Assembly (NCBI GenBank): GCA_036160175.1
Contig: JAYYEE010000118.1
Span: 1-50,928, forward strand
From: Planctomycetota bacterium
Lineage (GTDB): Bacteria > Planctomycetota > UBA1135 > UBA2386
DNA length: 50,928 nucleotides
Reading direction: 5' to 3'
Shown piece after piece: positions 8,538 through 17,400 of the stretch (its first letter is position 1; every line of letters starts with the position of its first letter). The notes under the pieces were generated by a model. The model searched no databases, was not told where the DNA came from, and saw nothing but the letters and a program-made list of their open reading frames with translations. A program made the translations under genes and the position numbers.

Positions 8538-9251
8538 TCAACCATGAATGATCTCCTGTACGAGCTCCGCATAGCAAAGAGCTCCTTTGGACCAGGGACT
8601 GTGTACGAACGCGGATGTCCCGTGACTCGCCGCTTCTACCAAGCTCGAGTCGCGGAAGATGACGGATTGAAGGAGGAGGTCGCCGAGGTTCTTGCGCAGG
8701 TCTTCTAGGACCTCGGCTGCGATCTCCTCGCGGGTGTCGACCATCGTGGGGAGGACGCCTCGAAGCCGGCCCTTTCCAGGGAATCGCTGCGCAGCCTCCT
8801 CAAGCGAGGCCATCATCTGCGACAACCCGTGCATGGAGAAGAACTCGGCCTGGACAGGAATGAGGACCTCATCGCAAAGCTGGACGCCTGCCCATCCCCA
8901 TTCGTCCATGCGAGGAGGCGAGTCGACCACCAGGGTGTCGATGTCGTCAGCGAGACCTTTCACGACGTCTTCGAGCTTCGCAGTGTCGAGGCTCGCCTGG
9001 TCGCCTGGTCCGTTCGCGCCTGCTGATGGGGCCAGCCAGAGACGTTCGGCGATCGGCGTCATCCATTCGTGGGCCGTCTTGGAGGCGCCTGCATCGCGCA
9101 TTCCTTGCACGGCTACGGTGGCGTTGCCTTGCGGATCCAGGTCCATCAGCAGCACCCGATGACCTGCAATGGCGAAGCCATGAGCCAAGTGGATGGCGGT
9201 CGTCGTTTTGCCGACGCCGCCTTTCTGATTTGCCAGGACGATCGAGCGCAA
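8538..9251 (-). CDS. parA: Chromosome partitioning ATPase ParA/Soj
   Basis: The N-terminus RSIVLANQKGGVGKTTTAIHLA carries the deviant Walker A KGGVGKT, followed by LLMDLDPQGNAT. TTG start at 9251. 237 aa. Confidence 0.9.
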   Translation of the reverse strand: MRSIVLANQKGGVGKTTTAIHLAHGFAIAGHRVLLMDLDPQGNATVAVQGMRDAGASKTAHEWMTPIAERLWLAPSAGANGPGDQASLDTAKLEDVVKGLADDIDTLVVDSPPRMDEWGWAGVQLCDEVLIPVQAEFFSMHGLSQMMASLEEAAQRFPGKGRLRGVLPTMVDTREEIAAEVLEDLRKNLGDLLLQSVIFRDSSLVEAASHGTSAFVHSPWSKGALCYAELVQEIIHG

Positions 9252-9378
9252 GGTTCCCTAACCAGGCAGACTGACCAGCTGCCGTGTTCGGCCGATTGTG
9301 CGGGCTGTGCCATTCTGAATCCAGGGCTTGTCCTGAGACATGCGGCCTAGGATATAACAGCGCTAGGTCGCCGAACTC

Positions 9379-9966
9379 ATGCATCGCCAATTGCGCATCC
9401 TATGGCTTCTATCCTTGGCCCGGCTTCGGTCGGCAGGCTGGGCTCCATGGCTCCTGCTGCTTGGATGGTTGGGGTTCGCTGCTGTGCAAGAACCGCGCAT
9501 GCTGCGTAGGTTTGGGATCCACTTGATCGACGACGCTGCTTGGGTTGGCGGCCTCCTGATGCTGTGCATCCTGCTCGCTGCTCAGCGTCGACTGCCGAGG
9601 GGAGGCGCGGTCGCGGCCAACTTGGTGACGGTCGCGGTGCTCGGCTTGCTCGTGATGCTGCTAAGTCGCGTGGTGGATGTAGATCCCTGGGCCGAAGGGG
9701 TCGCCGCCCGAATATACGATGCCACCGGATTCCTGGCGGCGTGGTCGCCGTTTGCCATCTGCGCGGCGCGTGCACCGGTCGGCGGTCGAGGCGCCGCGAT
9801 CCTGCACGCCACGCTCGTGCTTGCTTCTCTCATGACGGGTAGCATGCTGGCGGCGGCCCTGCGGGCAGAGCCATCCTTGAAGTGCTGGTGCGCTGCGGGC
9901 CTCGCATCGCTCGCATCATGCCTCTGGCTGGCTTGCCTAGAAAGTGTAAATACCTGTCGTAAATGA
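9379..9966 (+). CDS. Hypothetical polytopic membrane protein
   Basis: 195-aa ORF with 4-5 hydrophobic segments. Its stop overlaps the next gene's ATG (ATGA at 9963-9966), which suggests real co-translation. Codon usage is somewhat atypical and I found no motif. Confidence 0.5.
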   Translation: MHRQLRILWLLSLARLRSAGWAPWLLLLGWLGFAAVQEPRMLRRFGIHLIDDAAWVGGLLMLCILLAAQRRLPRGGAVAANLVTVAVLGLLVMLLSRVVDVDPWAEGVAARIYDATGFLAAWSPFAICAARAPVGGRGAAILHATLVLASLMTGSMLAAALRAEPSLKCWCAAGLASLASCLWLACLESVNTCRK

Positions 9967-10703
9967 AGATAGGGGTATTAGGCGACATCCACGGGAACCT
10001 CGACGCGCTGGAGGCCGTCGTGGCGGCGCTGCGGCGCGAGGGAGTGGACGTGTGGGTGCAGGTCGGCGACATCGTCGGTTACGGACCTCAGCCTTCTGAG
10101 TGCATCGACCTCGTGCGAGAGCTCGGATGTGTGACGTGCATGGGCAACCACGACGCCGCGGTCCTCGGACGGCTGGACACCGCCTATTTCAACAACGTTG
10201 CGCGCACGGCGATCCACTGGACCGCGCCGCAGCTGCGCCCTGCTGACCGAGAGTTCCTCAGCTCGCTCGCCTTCGTGGAGCAGCGCGACGTCTACACGGT
10301 CGTGCACGGGACGCTGCACATGCCGGAGAAGTTCGGCTACGTGCTCAGCGTCGTCGAGGCGCTGGAGTCGTTCGAGCACCAGCAGACACCGCTGTGCTTC
10401 GTGGGTCACAGCCACGTGCCGGCCATCTACCTCCGCCGATGCGAGAGCCCGCGCGACATCCACGTCGTCCCGCACTCCGAGGCCGAGATCAGCTACCAGG
10501 GATTCGATCAGCTGCTGATGAACGTCGGCAGCGTCGGCCAGCCGCGGGACGAGGATCCGCGCGCTGCCTATGGGCTCGTCGACACGGACCGGCAGATCGC
10601 CAGCATCCGGCGGGTGCACTACGACATCGAAAACGTGCAGCGCAAGATCCGCGAGGTCGGCCTGCCGGACGTCCTCGCCAACCGGCTCACGTTGGGGGTG
10701 TGA
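9963..10703 (+). CDS. Metallophosphoesterase (calcineurin-like, YfcE/MJ0936-type)
   Basis: The motif series is VLGDIHGN, QVGDIVGYG, MGNHDAA, FVGHSHV, then GSVGQPRD. 246 aa. Confidence 0.85.
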   Translation: MKIGVLGDIHGNLDALEAVVAALRREGVDVWVQVGDIVGYGPQPSECIDLVRELGCVTCMGNHDAAVLGRLDTAYFNNVARTAIHWTAPQLRPADREFLSSLAFVEQRDVYTVVHGTLHMPEKFGYVLSVVEALESFEHQQTPLCFVGHSHVPAIYLRRCESPRDIHVVPHSEAEISYQGFDQLLMNVGSVGQPRDEDPRAAYGLVDTDRQIASIRRVHYDIENVQRKIREVGLPDVLANRLTLGV

Positions 10704-10707
10704 TCTC

Positions 10708-13095
10708 GTGATCCGTTCGCTGTTCGCGCTCTCGTTGCTCGTGGCGACTTCCGCCGCGCAGGCTTGGCAAGAGACGCGCGGTCGCACGCCGGCGGGCTTG
10801 CTCGCGATGCGTCAGGCTGCGCGCGACGCCAGCCAGGATTCGCTCGTCCTGATCGTCGCGTCGCACCCTGACGACCGCTACATCCTGCCGGCGATCTGGC
10901 TGCGGAGGACGTTCGGGCTCCGCGTCGCGGTGTTGTTGGCGACGCGCGGCGGGGGCGGCCAAAACACGCTCGGTCCGGAGACGGGTGACGCGTTCGAGCG
11001 CATCCGAACTCTTGAGACCGAGGCTGGCTGCGCGATGGCGGACGTCGACGCCTGGTACTGGAACCGGCCCGACGGCGGCTACCGGCGGTCAGCTGCGGAG
11101 ACCTTCGCTGAGTGGGGTCGCGAGGAGGCCATGCGCGAGCTCGTGCGATTGCTGCGCGAGATCCGACCAGACGCGGTGCTGACGACGCACCACGCAGAAG
11201 AGCGGCACGGCCACGACCTCGCGGTGGTCGACCTGCTCCCGCAGGCGCTCCGGATGGCGGCCGACCCTGCCGTAGACGTCGGCGGCGCGCCGCACCCTGT
11301 CGGCGTATTTTTGATGGGTGCGGGCAGCACCGTCAGTCAGCGAGCGCTGCGCGTCGACGCCGACAAGCTGGACCCTGACCGGGGCCTCGCGCTCCGTCGC
11401 AGCGCGTACGACATCTTGCGCGTCGCGCATGTCAGTCCTGGGCCGCCAAGAAAGCTGGACGACGTGTTCGGTCCCGTGCTCGCGTTTGAGCCGCAGACAC
11501 CGGCGCGCGTAACGCTCGACCAAGCGCGGCCGCTTGGCCTGCCTTCGGTGCTCGACGACGGTCGCTGGCCTGGCAGCCCCGAAGCGGCGCAGCGACTGCG
11601 GCAGCTCCTCGCGGAGAAGGTGCCGCAGATCGTGACGTCTGGCGCGCCCGAGCTGGGCGGGCTCGTAGATGTGCTCTCGGACCTACGGACCCTCCGCGGT
11701 CGCGCCGGGATCACGCGGGACGCGGCCGCGCGGCTGCAGCGCCGCATCCAGGCGCTGGAGGCCCTGGCGGTGACCGCCACTGGCGTGCAAATCGAGGTCG
11801 AGGCGCCGCCAGGCGCAGTTGCGATCGCGGGCGAAGAGCTCGCTTGTTCGGTCCGCCTGCTCTCAAGCAGCGCCCCGGTGCGCGTCGTACGCACCGAAGG
11901 GCTGGACGACCTAGAGGTCGCGTTGACGCCGCTCGGATCGCCTTCGCCGCGGGCCAGCAGCTCCGTCGCGGAGCTGCGCGTGCGGCTGCCGCTCGCCGCG
12001 GGCCGCCGCGGAGATCCGATTGCCGCGCGGTTTCACGCTGACCGCTTCGTCCCGCCAGTGCGCGCGCGCTTCTGGGTCGAGGTCGCGGGCGCGGAGATCC
12101 CGCTCGACGTGACCGTGCCCGTCGAGCAGCGCGCACCGGTCGAGCTGTCGCTGGTCCCGCGCATGTTGCTGCTCCCGTCGGCGCGCAACACCGTGCAGTT
12201 CAGCGTCGGCGTGCAGCGCAACTCCAGCCTCCCGGTCGAGGGGACGATCGAGGTGCGCGCGCCTGCAGGGTATGCGGTCAACGACGACCGCCACGACGTC
12301 AGCCTTCGGCAACAGCGCAGCGACCTGTTCGGCTTCGTCGTGGACGCGCCGCGTGAGCGCCGCACCGGCGTCGACGTGCTGCGTGTTCGACTCGGCGACA
12401 CCAAGGTCGCGCTGCCGGTTCACAAGGTCGACGTGTCTGTGCCCGAGCAGCTGCGCGTCGGCGTGCTCCGCAGCCTCGACGACACGCTGCCGAGCGTCCT
12501 CGGCGTCGGCGGCCTCGGCATCGACTGGTCCGAGCTCATCGACGCGGACATCGCTGCCGCGGACCTCTCCGCGTTTGACACCATCGTCGTGGACATCCGC
12601 GCCTTGCGAGGTCGATCGGACCTTCGCAACAGCTTCGGGCGTCTGCTGGACTTCGCGCGCGGTCGCGGTCACCGGCTCGTGCTCTTCTACCAGAAGGACG
12701 TCGAGTTCCAGCCGAGCGGGGACCCGTTCCGCGGGGCGCCGTACGACCCGTTCGAGATCGGCAAGAGCCGCGTCACGCGCGCCGACGCACCGGTCAAGGT
12801 GCTCCTCCCTGACCACGAGCTGATGCGCTACCCAAACGTGATCAGGCCGAGCGACTGGGACGGGTGGGTGCAGGAGCGCGCGCTCTACCTGCCTTCGGTT
12901 TACGCCGCCGAATACGAAGAGCTCCTCGAGCTCGGCGACCCTGGCCAGCCAAGGGAGCGCGGCGCGTTGCTGTACGCGCGGACCGGCGAAGGCGAATACG
13001 TCTACTGCGCGCTGGCGCTCTGGCGACAGCTGAAGACGCTGCACCCGGGCGCCGTGCGGATGCTCGTCAACCTGCTGACGCCCGGGCCCCGCTGA
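10708..13095 (+). CDS. Exported PIG-L/LmbE-family deacetylase multidomain protein
   Basis: GTG 10708 gives the signal peptide VIRSLFALSLLVATSAAQA. Then LVLIVASHPDDRYI...LLATRGGGGQN...HHAEERHGHD, the PIG-L zinc-deacetylase motifs. These are followed by about 550 aa of beta-rich sequence and a C-terminal FDTIVVDIRAL...RLVLFYQKD block (GATase1/ThuA-like by eye). The 10570 start in the track overlaps the upstream gene and gives Arg/Ser junk. Confidence 0.8.
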   Translation: MIRSLFALSLLVATSAAQAWQETRGRTPAGLLAMRQAARDASQDSLVLIVASHPDDRYILPAIWLRRTFGLRVAVLLATRGGGGQNTLGPETGDAFERIRTLETEAGCAMADVDAWYWNRPDGGYRRSAAETFAEWGREEAMRELVRLLREIRPDAVLTTHHAEERHGHDLAVVDLLPQALRMAADPAVDVGGAPHPVGVFLMGAGSTVSQRALRVDADKLDPDRGLALRRSAYDILRVAHVSPGPPRKLDDVFGPVLAFEPQTPARVTLDQARPLGLPSVLDDGRWPGSPEAAQRLRQLLAEKVPQIVTSGAPELGGLVDVLSDLRTLRGRAGITRDAAARLQRRIQALEALAVTATGVQIEVEAPPGAVAIAGEELACSVRLLSSSAPVRVVRTEGLDDLEVALTPLGSPSPRASSSVAELRVRLPLAAGRRGDPIAARFHADRFVPPVRARFWVEVAGAEIPLDVTVPVEQRAPVELSLVPRMLLLPSARNTVQFSVGVQRNSSLPVEGTIEVRAPAGYAVNDDRHDVSLRQQRSDLFGFVVDAPRERRTGVDVLRVRLGDTKVALPVHKVDVSVPEQLRVGVLRSLDDTLPSVLGVGGLGIDWSELIDADIAAADLSAFDTIVVDIRALRGRSDLRNSFGRLLDFARGRGHRLVLFYQKDVEFQPSGDPFRGAPYDPFEIGKSRVTRADAPVKVLLPDHELMRYPNVIRPSDWDGWVQERALYLPSVYAAEYEELLELGDPGQPRERGALLYARTGEGEYVYCALALWRQLKTLHPGAVRMLVNLLTPGPR

Positions 13096-13099
13096 CCAG

Positions 13100-13468
13100 C
13101 TACGGCAAGCGCGGGAAGCGCATGGTGGCGCGCTGCGTGCGGACGAGGCGCACGTCTCGCGTTGACCCGTTCTTGCGCAAGATGTGCATCGCTTGGGCGT
13201 CGATCAGCGAGTAGTCGCCGTTGTCGTACAGCAGCTCAAGGCGGACGCTGTCGGCGTGGTCGTCGAACAGGCGGATCTCGACGACGTTGGCCGCCGGGAC
13301 GGTCTTCTTGTTCCCCTGTTGATCGACGTATTGGAGGTCCGAGATCGACAGGACCTTGATGTTCTCTGGCGCCGGATCCTGCGGATCTTGGCCAGGCCGA
13401 GCGGGCGCCGGCGCGAACGCGAGGGCGGCGGCGATCGGGAGAGAGAGGCACAACAGGGCTGCTTTCAC
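13100..13468 (-). CDS. Small exported protein, unknown function
   Basis: GTG 13468, with GGAG 8 nt upstream, gives VKAALLCLSLPIAAALAFAPAPA (signal peptide). About 122 aa. No motif recognised. Confidence 0.55.
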   Translation of the reverse strand: MKAALLCLSLPIAAALAFAPAPARPGQDPQDPAPENIKVLSISDLQYVDQQGNKKTVPAANVVEIRLFDDHADSVRLELLYDNGDYSLIDAQAMHILRKNGSTRDVRLVRTQRATMRFPRLP

Positions 13469-13523
13469 GCGGTTCTCCAAGGGTTGGTTCGTGGTTTGCG
13501 TCACACTATGACGGCGAGGCGCC

Positions 13524-14546
13524 GTGTTCCTGCCAAGGTTCTTGTCCATACTGTTGTTCGCGCTGTGCGCGGCAGGCTGCGGCCATGTTGACCCTCCGCC
13601 TCGGCAGCGGCTCGAGGTCGCGCAGGTGGTCGCGGGGACCGGCGAGGTCGACCCCCAGCTCGCGCGCCGGGTGGCGGACGTGGTCGCCCTCGAGCTCTAT
13701 GAGCTGCGTGAGCTCTTCGGCGGCGACGACGTGGCGCCGTTCTTCGTGCACGTGCACGCCGCGCGCAGCGACATGCCAGACGCGCTCGTCGCGGGGGTCC
13801 ACGAAGACGCGCCAGGCTTCGCGCTGCTGGGCCGTCACCAGATCCACCTCGTGGTCGACGCGCTCGCCCGGACCAACACGAGCCTCGTAGGCGTCATCCG
13901 GCACGAGCTGGCGCATGAGCTGCTCGACCAACACTGCGGCGCGAACGGACGCTACATTCCTCGGTGGTTCCACGAAGGGCTGGCGCAGGTGCTCGCAGGC
14001 GACACCTACCTCGGCGCGAGCGAGGAGGACCTGGTCTGGCGCGTGACGAGCGGCAGCCTGCGCTCGATCGACACCCTCGAGGACCGCTTTCCGTCGGGCA
14101 CCGTCCAACGCCGCACGGCGTACGGCCACAGCTACTCGTATGTCGCGTGGCTCGAGCGCTCGTACGGCTTGTCCGCGCTGCTGCGGGTCGCTCGCAACAC
14201 CGACGCCTTCACCTCATTCTCGCGCGCGTTGGTCGGCTACACCGCGCTGTCGACGCTCGAGCTCGAGGAGGAATGGCGGGCGTATGTCGTCCACGGCTCT
14301 GGGGCGCGCTGGCGCTCGATCCTGTCTAACTGGTTTGGTTTGGTGCTGATCATGAGCCTGCCGGTGCTGGTGTTGGCGCTGAAGCGGCGCCTCCGATTGG
14401 AAGAGCGCGCGGGGCGCCGAATGGCGCAGCGCGCCGCGGCCGAGCGCCGGGCCGCTGAGGCGCGCGAACAAGCGCAGGCGACTTTGCGTGAAGATGCACT
14501 CGGTCTTGACAGCTTGGACCACGACGGCGAGCCGCCAGCCGGTTAA
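13524..14546 (+). CDS. Gluzincin (peptidase-MA-like) lipoprotein with C-terminal TM anchor
   Basis: N-terminus MFLPRFLSILLFALCAAGCGH (lipobox-like). IRHELAHELL (HExxH) with WFHEGLAQVL about 20 aa downstream as the third-ligand Glu motif. TM helix WFGLVLIMSLPVLVLAL followed by an Arg/Glu/Ala-rich tail. Confidence 0.75.
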   Translation: MFLPRFLSILLFALCAAGCGHVDPPPRQRLEVAQVVAGTGEVDPQLARRVADVVALELYELRELFGGDDVAPFFVHVHAARSDMPDALVAGVHEDAPGFALLGRHQIHLVVDALARTNTSLVGVIRHELAHELLDQHCGANGRYIPRWFHEGLAQVLAGDTYLGASEEDLVWRVTSGSLRSIDTLEDRFPSGTVQRRTAYGHSYSYVAWLERSYGLSALLRVARNTDAFTSFSRALVGYTALSTLELEEEWRAYVVHGSGARWRSILSNWFGLVLIMSLPVLVLALKRRLRLEERAGRRMAQRAAAERRAAEAREQAQATLREDALGLDSLDHDGEPPAG

Positions 14547-14556
14547 AACGCTAGGC

Positions 14557-14865
14557 GTGTACAAGTCTCCGCTGTCTCGCGCGTGCATGCTCGCGCTCAC
14601 CCCCTTGCTGCTGACGTTCGCTGCTGGCTGCGCGCACCACCGGCACTCTGTTGGCCTGGGCGCGACTGGCACCGGCGAGCAGCAAGCGCGGCAATACTAC
14701 GTGCTGTTTGGGTTGTTCCAGACCAACGACGTGAGCGCGCAGCGGATGGCAGACGGCCTGACGAGCTATACGGTCGAGACCCAGTACTCGCTCTGGGATC
14801 TGATGATGCAGCCGCTGCTGTTGCCGCTGACCATGACGTCGCGCACTGTCACGGTGCGCACCTGA
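14557..14865 (+). CDS. Bor/Iss-family-like lipoprotein
   Basis: Lipobox LLTFAAGC. The mature part QYYVLFGLFQTNDVSAQRMADGLTSYTVETQYSLWDLMMQPLLLPLTMTSRTVTV parallels lambda Bor (HHFFVSGIGQKKTVDAAKICG...VKTETQQTFVNGLLGFITLGIYTP...). The start is GTG 14557 or ATG 14587. The 14488 start overlaps the upstream gene. Confidence 0.6.
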   Translation: MYKSPLSRACMLALTPLLLTFAAGCAHHRHSVGLGATGTGEQQARQYYVLFGLFQTNDVSAQRMADGLTSYTVETQYSLWDLMMQPLLLPLTMTSRTVTVRT

Positions 14866-14893
14866 TCACGGCCGAACAGCCCAGCCGGGGACG

Positions 14894-15691
14894 GTGATGA
14901 TCGCGTTCACCAAGATGCACGGCTGCGGCAACGACTACGTGCTGGTCGACGACGTCGCCGGCGGCTTCCCGGTCGCGCGCGCTGGCGAGCTGGCGCGGCG
15001 GTGGTCCGATCGCCGCTTCGGCGTGGGCGCCGACGGCGTCATCTTGCTGACCCGCGACGACGGCGGCGGCTTGCGGATGCAGATGTGGAACGCCGACGGC
15101 TCGAGGGGCGCGATGTGCGGCAACGGGCTCCGCTGCGTCGCGCGGTTCGCGGCGGCGGGAGGCCACGAGACCGCGCCGTCGTTCGTGATCGCGACGGACG
15201 CGGGCCCACGCCGGGTCGAGCTCTTGAGCGGCGCCGACGGCGGCGTGCGCGCCGAGATGGGTGTCGTCACGGTGACCGCGGCGCGTACTTTGGAGGTCGC
15301 GGGTCGCCGCCTAGACTTCACGCTCGGTTCGGCGGGCAACCCGCACGCCGTGACCTTCGTTGAGGACGTCGACCGCGCGCCCGTCAGCGCGGTCGGCGCC
15401 GCGATGCAGGAGCACCCGGCCTTTTGCGACGGCGTCAACGTCGAGTTTGTAGAGCGCGTCGGTGAAGGTCGGCTACGACAGCGCACGTATGAGCGCGGCA
15501 GCGGGGAGACGCTCTCGTGCGGCACGGGGGCTGCCGTATCGGCGCTCGCGGCCCGCCGCGCGGGCTTCGTCAAGGGTGATCGCGTCTGTGTGGCGCTCCG
15601 CGGCGGCGCGCTCACGGTCATCGGATCAGGCGCGTCTCTTGTCATCGAGGGGCCGACCCGTACCGTGTTCACCGGCGCGGTCGAACCCTAG
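14894..15691 (+). CDS. dapF: Diaminopimelate epimerase
   Basis: [16 protein letters not shown]-terminus. Both catalytic Cys contexts are present ([10 protein letters not shown] and ETLSCGTGA), as is NPHAVTFV. The start is GTG 14894 or ATG 14897. Confidence 0.9.
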   Translation: MMIAFTKMHGCGNDYVLVDDVAGGFPVARAGELARRWSDRRFGVGADGVILLTRDDGGGLRMQMWNADGSRGAMCGNGLRCVARFAAAGGHETAPSFVIATDAGPRRVELLSGADGGVRAEMGVVTVTAARTLEVAGRRLDFTLGSAGNPHAVTFVEDVDRAPVSAVGAAMQEHPAFCDGVNVEFVERVGEGRLRQRTYERGSGETLSCGTGAAVSALAARRAGFVKGDRVCVALRGGALTVIGSGASLVIEGPTRTVFTGAVEP

Positions 15692-15744
15692 CCATCGGAT
15701 TCGGCGCAGGTTTGAGCGCCGCGCTAGCGCATCGAGGTATTGAA

Positions 15745-16308
15745 ATGGAATACGTCATCATCCCCGTCGCAATCGTGGTCGTGCTCGGGCTCGTCTTTAT
15801 GAGCCTGTACAACGGCCTCGTCAGCCGACGTAACGAGACCAAGAACGCCTGGAGCCAAATCGACGTTCAGCTCAAGCGCCGCTACGACCTGATCCCCAAC
15901 CTCGTGGAGACGGTCAAGGGCTACATGAAGCATGAGAAAGAGACGCTCGAGAACGTCATTAAGGCGCGGCAGCAAGCGGTCGACCTGCAGAACGCAGGGA
16001 ACATCGGCGAGCTGCTGAAGGCCGACGGCGCGCTCACGCAGTCGCTGGGCCGCTTGTTCGCGGTCGCGGAGAGCTACCCCGACCTCAAGGCGAACCAGAA
16101 CATGCTCAGCCTGCAAGAGGAGCTCGCCTCCACCGAGAACCGGATCGGCTTCTCACGCCAGGCATACAACGACGCCGTCATGAAGATGAACAACGGCATC
16201 GAGCAGTTCCCATCCAACATTGTCGCTGGGATGTTCAGCTTCAAGCAGGGTGAGTTCTGGGAGATCGAGAAGCCGGAAGAGCGCGAGAACGTCAAGGTCT
16301 CGTTCTGA
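15745..16308 (+). CDS. lemA: LemA family membrane protein
   Basis: ATG 15745 preceded by GAGG. N-terminal TM helix, then [47 protein letters not shown], the LemA signature region. Confidence 0.85.
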   Translation: MEYVIIPVAIVVVLGLVFMSLYNGLVSRRNETKNAWSQIDVQLKRRYDLIPNLVETVKGYMKHEKETLENVIKARQQAVDLQNAGNIGELLKADGALTQSLGRLFAVAESYPDLKANQNMLSLQEELASTENRIGFSRQAYNDAVMKMNNGIEQFPSNIVAGMFSFKQGEFWEIEKPEERENVKVSF

Positions 16309-16380
16309 CGCCGGTCGCGGCGTGGGCGCGCTGATGTGCGCTCTGGGGCTGTTGTCCATGCGCCCCGCGGGCTAAAAGCA

Positions 16381-17397
16381 ATGGGTATGTGCTGGCCCAC
16401 GACAGACGCGCGCGGCGGTTCGCTCTACGCGGCGCTCAGCCTGCTCGCGTCGGCCCCGGTCCCCGCCCAGGGTCCGGTCGAGCCCGCCGCGGCCATCGAG
16501 CGTTGGCTCGCCTCGGAACACACGTCTGAGTCCCTGATGACAGCGACGGTCGAGGCGGTCTGTGACGCGCCCGACGGGCTCAAAGTGCTCGGGAAGAAGC
16601 TGCAGGCGCTGCAGGTCACGCCCGGCGAGCCTCGCAGCAAGGGGCTCCGCAGCCTGATGCCGAAGGTCGCTCTGGAGCACCTGCGGCGGACCTACAAGAG
16701 CGGGATGACCTACGCCGGCCAATACGGCGGGCTCGCATCGCTGGAGCCGTGGATTGGCCCGTTCTTGTTCGGCCTGCTGCTCGACACCCCCGAGTGGTAC
16801 CCGCTCACGTTTCGGGTTCGCCTCGTCCCCGCGATCCGAGACCTGCAGCAGCAGCTCCCCGACGCCGCGCGCGTCGCTGGGATCACACGGCTCGTAGAGG
16901 ACGAGCGCGAAGCGACGGATCTGCGCCGCGCGCTCGCGGCGGCGCTCTGGCAGTGGGGCAGGCCGCGACACGCTGTGGAGTTCATCCGCGAGCTGCAGTT
17001 GGCTACGACCGAGGGCGACGGCGAAGACCGCGTCAACGCGACGCTGCTGCTCGCAGACTACTTCAACCTGCTGCGCGAATATCGCCGCGCGGCTGCAGCG
17101 CACCGCGCCGCGCAGGCCCTGGCGCGCGGCGCCGGCGTCGAGCTGCTGCCGGTCGCGTGGTATTCCGCCGCGTGCGTCCACGCCCTCAATGGTGATCAGG
17201 AGCGCGGGTTGGAAGCGCTGCGTCGCTGCGCAGAGATGCACGCCTCCCCACACCTCGACAAGTCTCGCCGCTTGGAGCGTAAGCTCTTCGAGCAGGACCC
17301 CGAGATCGCGTCGCTGCGCGCGGATCCGAGCTTTGGAGAGCTGCTGGAGCTGGCCTTCGGCGAGCGCGACGACGAAGACGGAGAAGGCGGCCGCTGA
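16381..17397 (+). CDS. Hypothetical exported helical protein (TPR-like C-terminus)
   Basis: ORF between lemA and the M48 gene. It has a weak signal peptide ...LYAALSLLASAPVPAQG. The C-terminal FEQDPEIASLRADPSFGELLELAF resembles the end of TPR-containing proteins. The start is uncertain (16336 or 16381). Confidence 0.55.
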   Translation: MGMCWPTTDARGGSLYAALSLLASAPVPAQGPVEPAAAIERWLASEHTSESLMTATVEAVCDAPDGLKVLGKKLQALQVTPGEPRSKGLRSLMPKVALEHLRRTYKSGMTYAGQYGGLASLEPWIGPFLFGLLLDTPEWYPLTFRVRLVPAIRDLQQQLPDAARVAGITRLVEDEREATDLRRALAAALWQWGRPRHAVEFIRELQLATTEGDGEDRVNATLLLADYFNLLREYRRAAAAHRAAQALARGAGVELLPVAWYSAACVHALNGDQERGLEALRRCAEMHASPHLDKSRRLERKLFEQDPEIASLRADPSFGELLELAFGERDDEDGEGGR

Positions 17398-17400
17398 TCC

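Noticed and set aside
10570-10707. N-terminal extensions offered by the ORF track: 10570, 14488, 15712, 27657, 29705, 39595, 43906 and 32579.
   Set aside because: The extensions overlap the upstream gene by 60-580 nt and translate to Arg/Ser/Cys-rich junk. Internal starts give proper signal peptides or TM helices, and often the typical 4-nt ATGA/GTGA stop-start overlaps.
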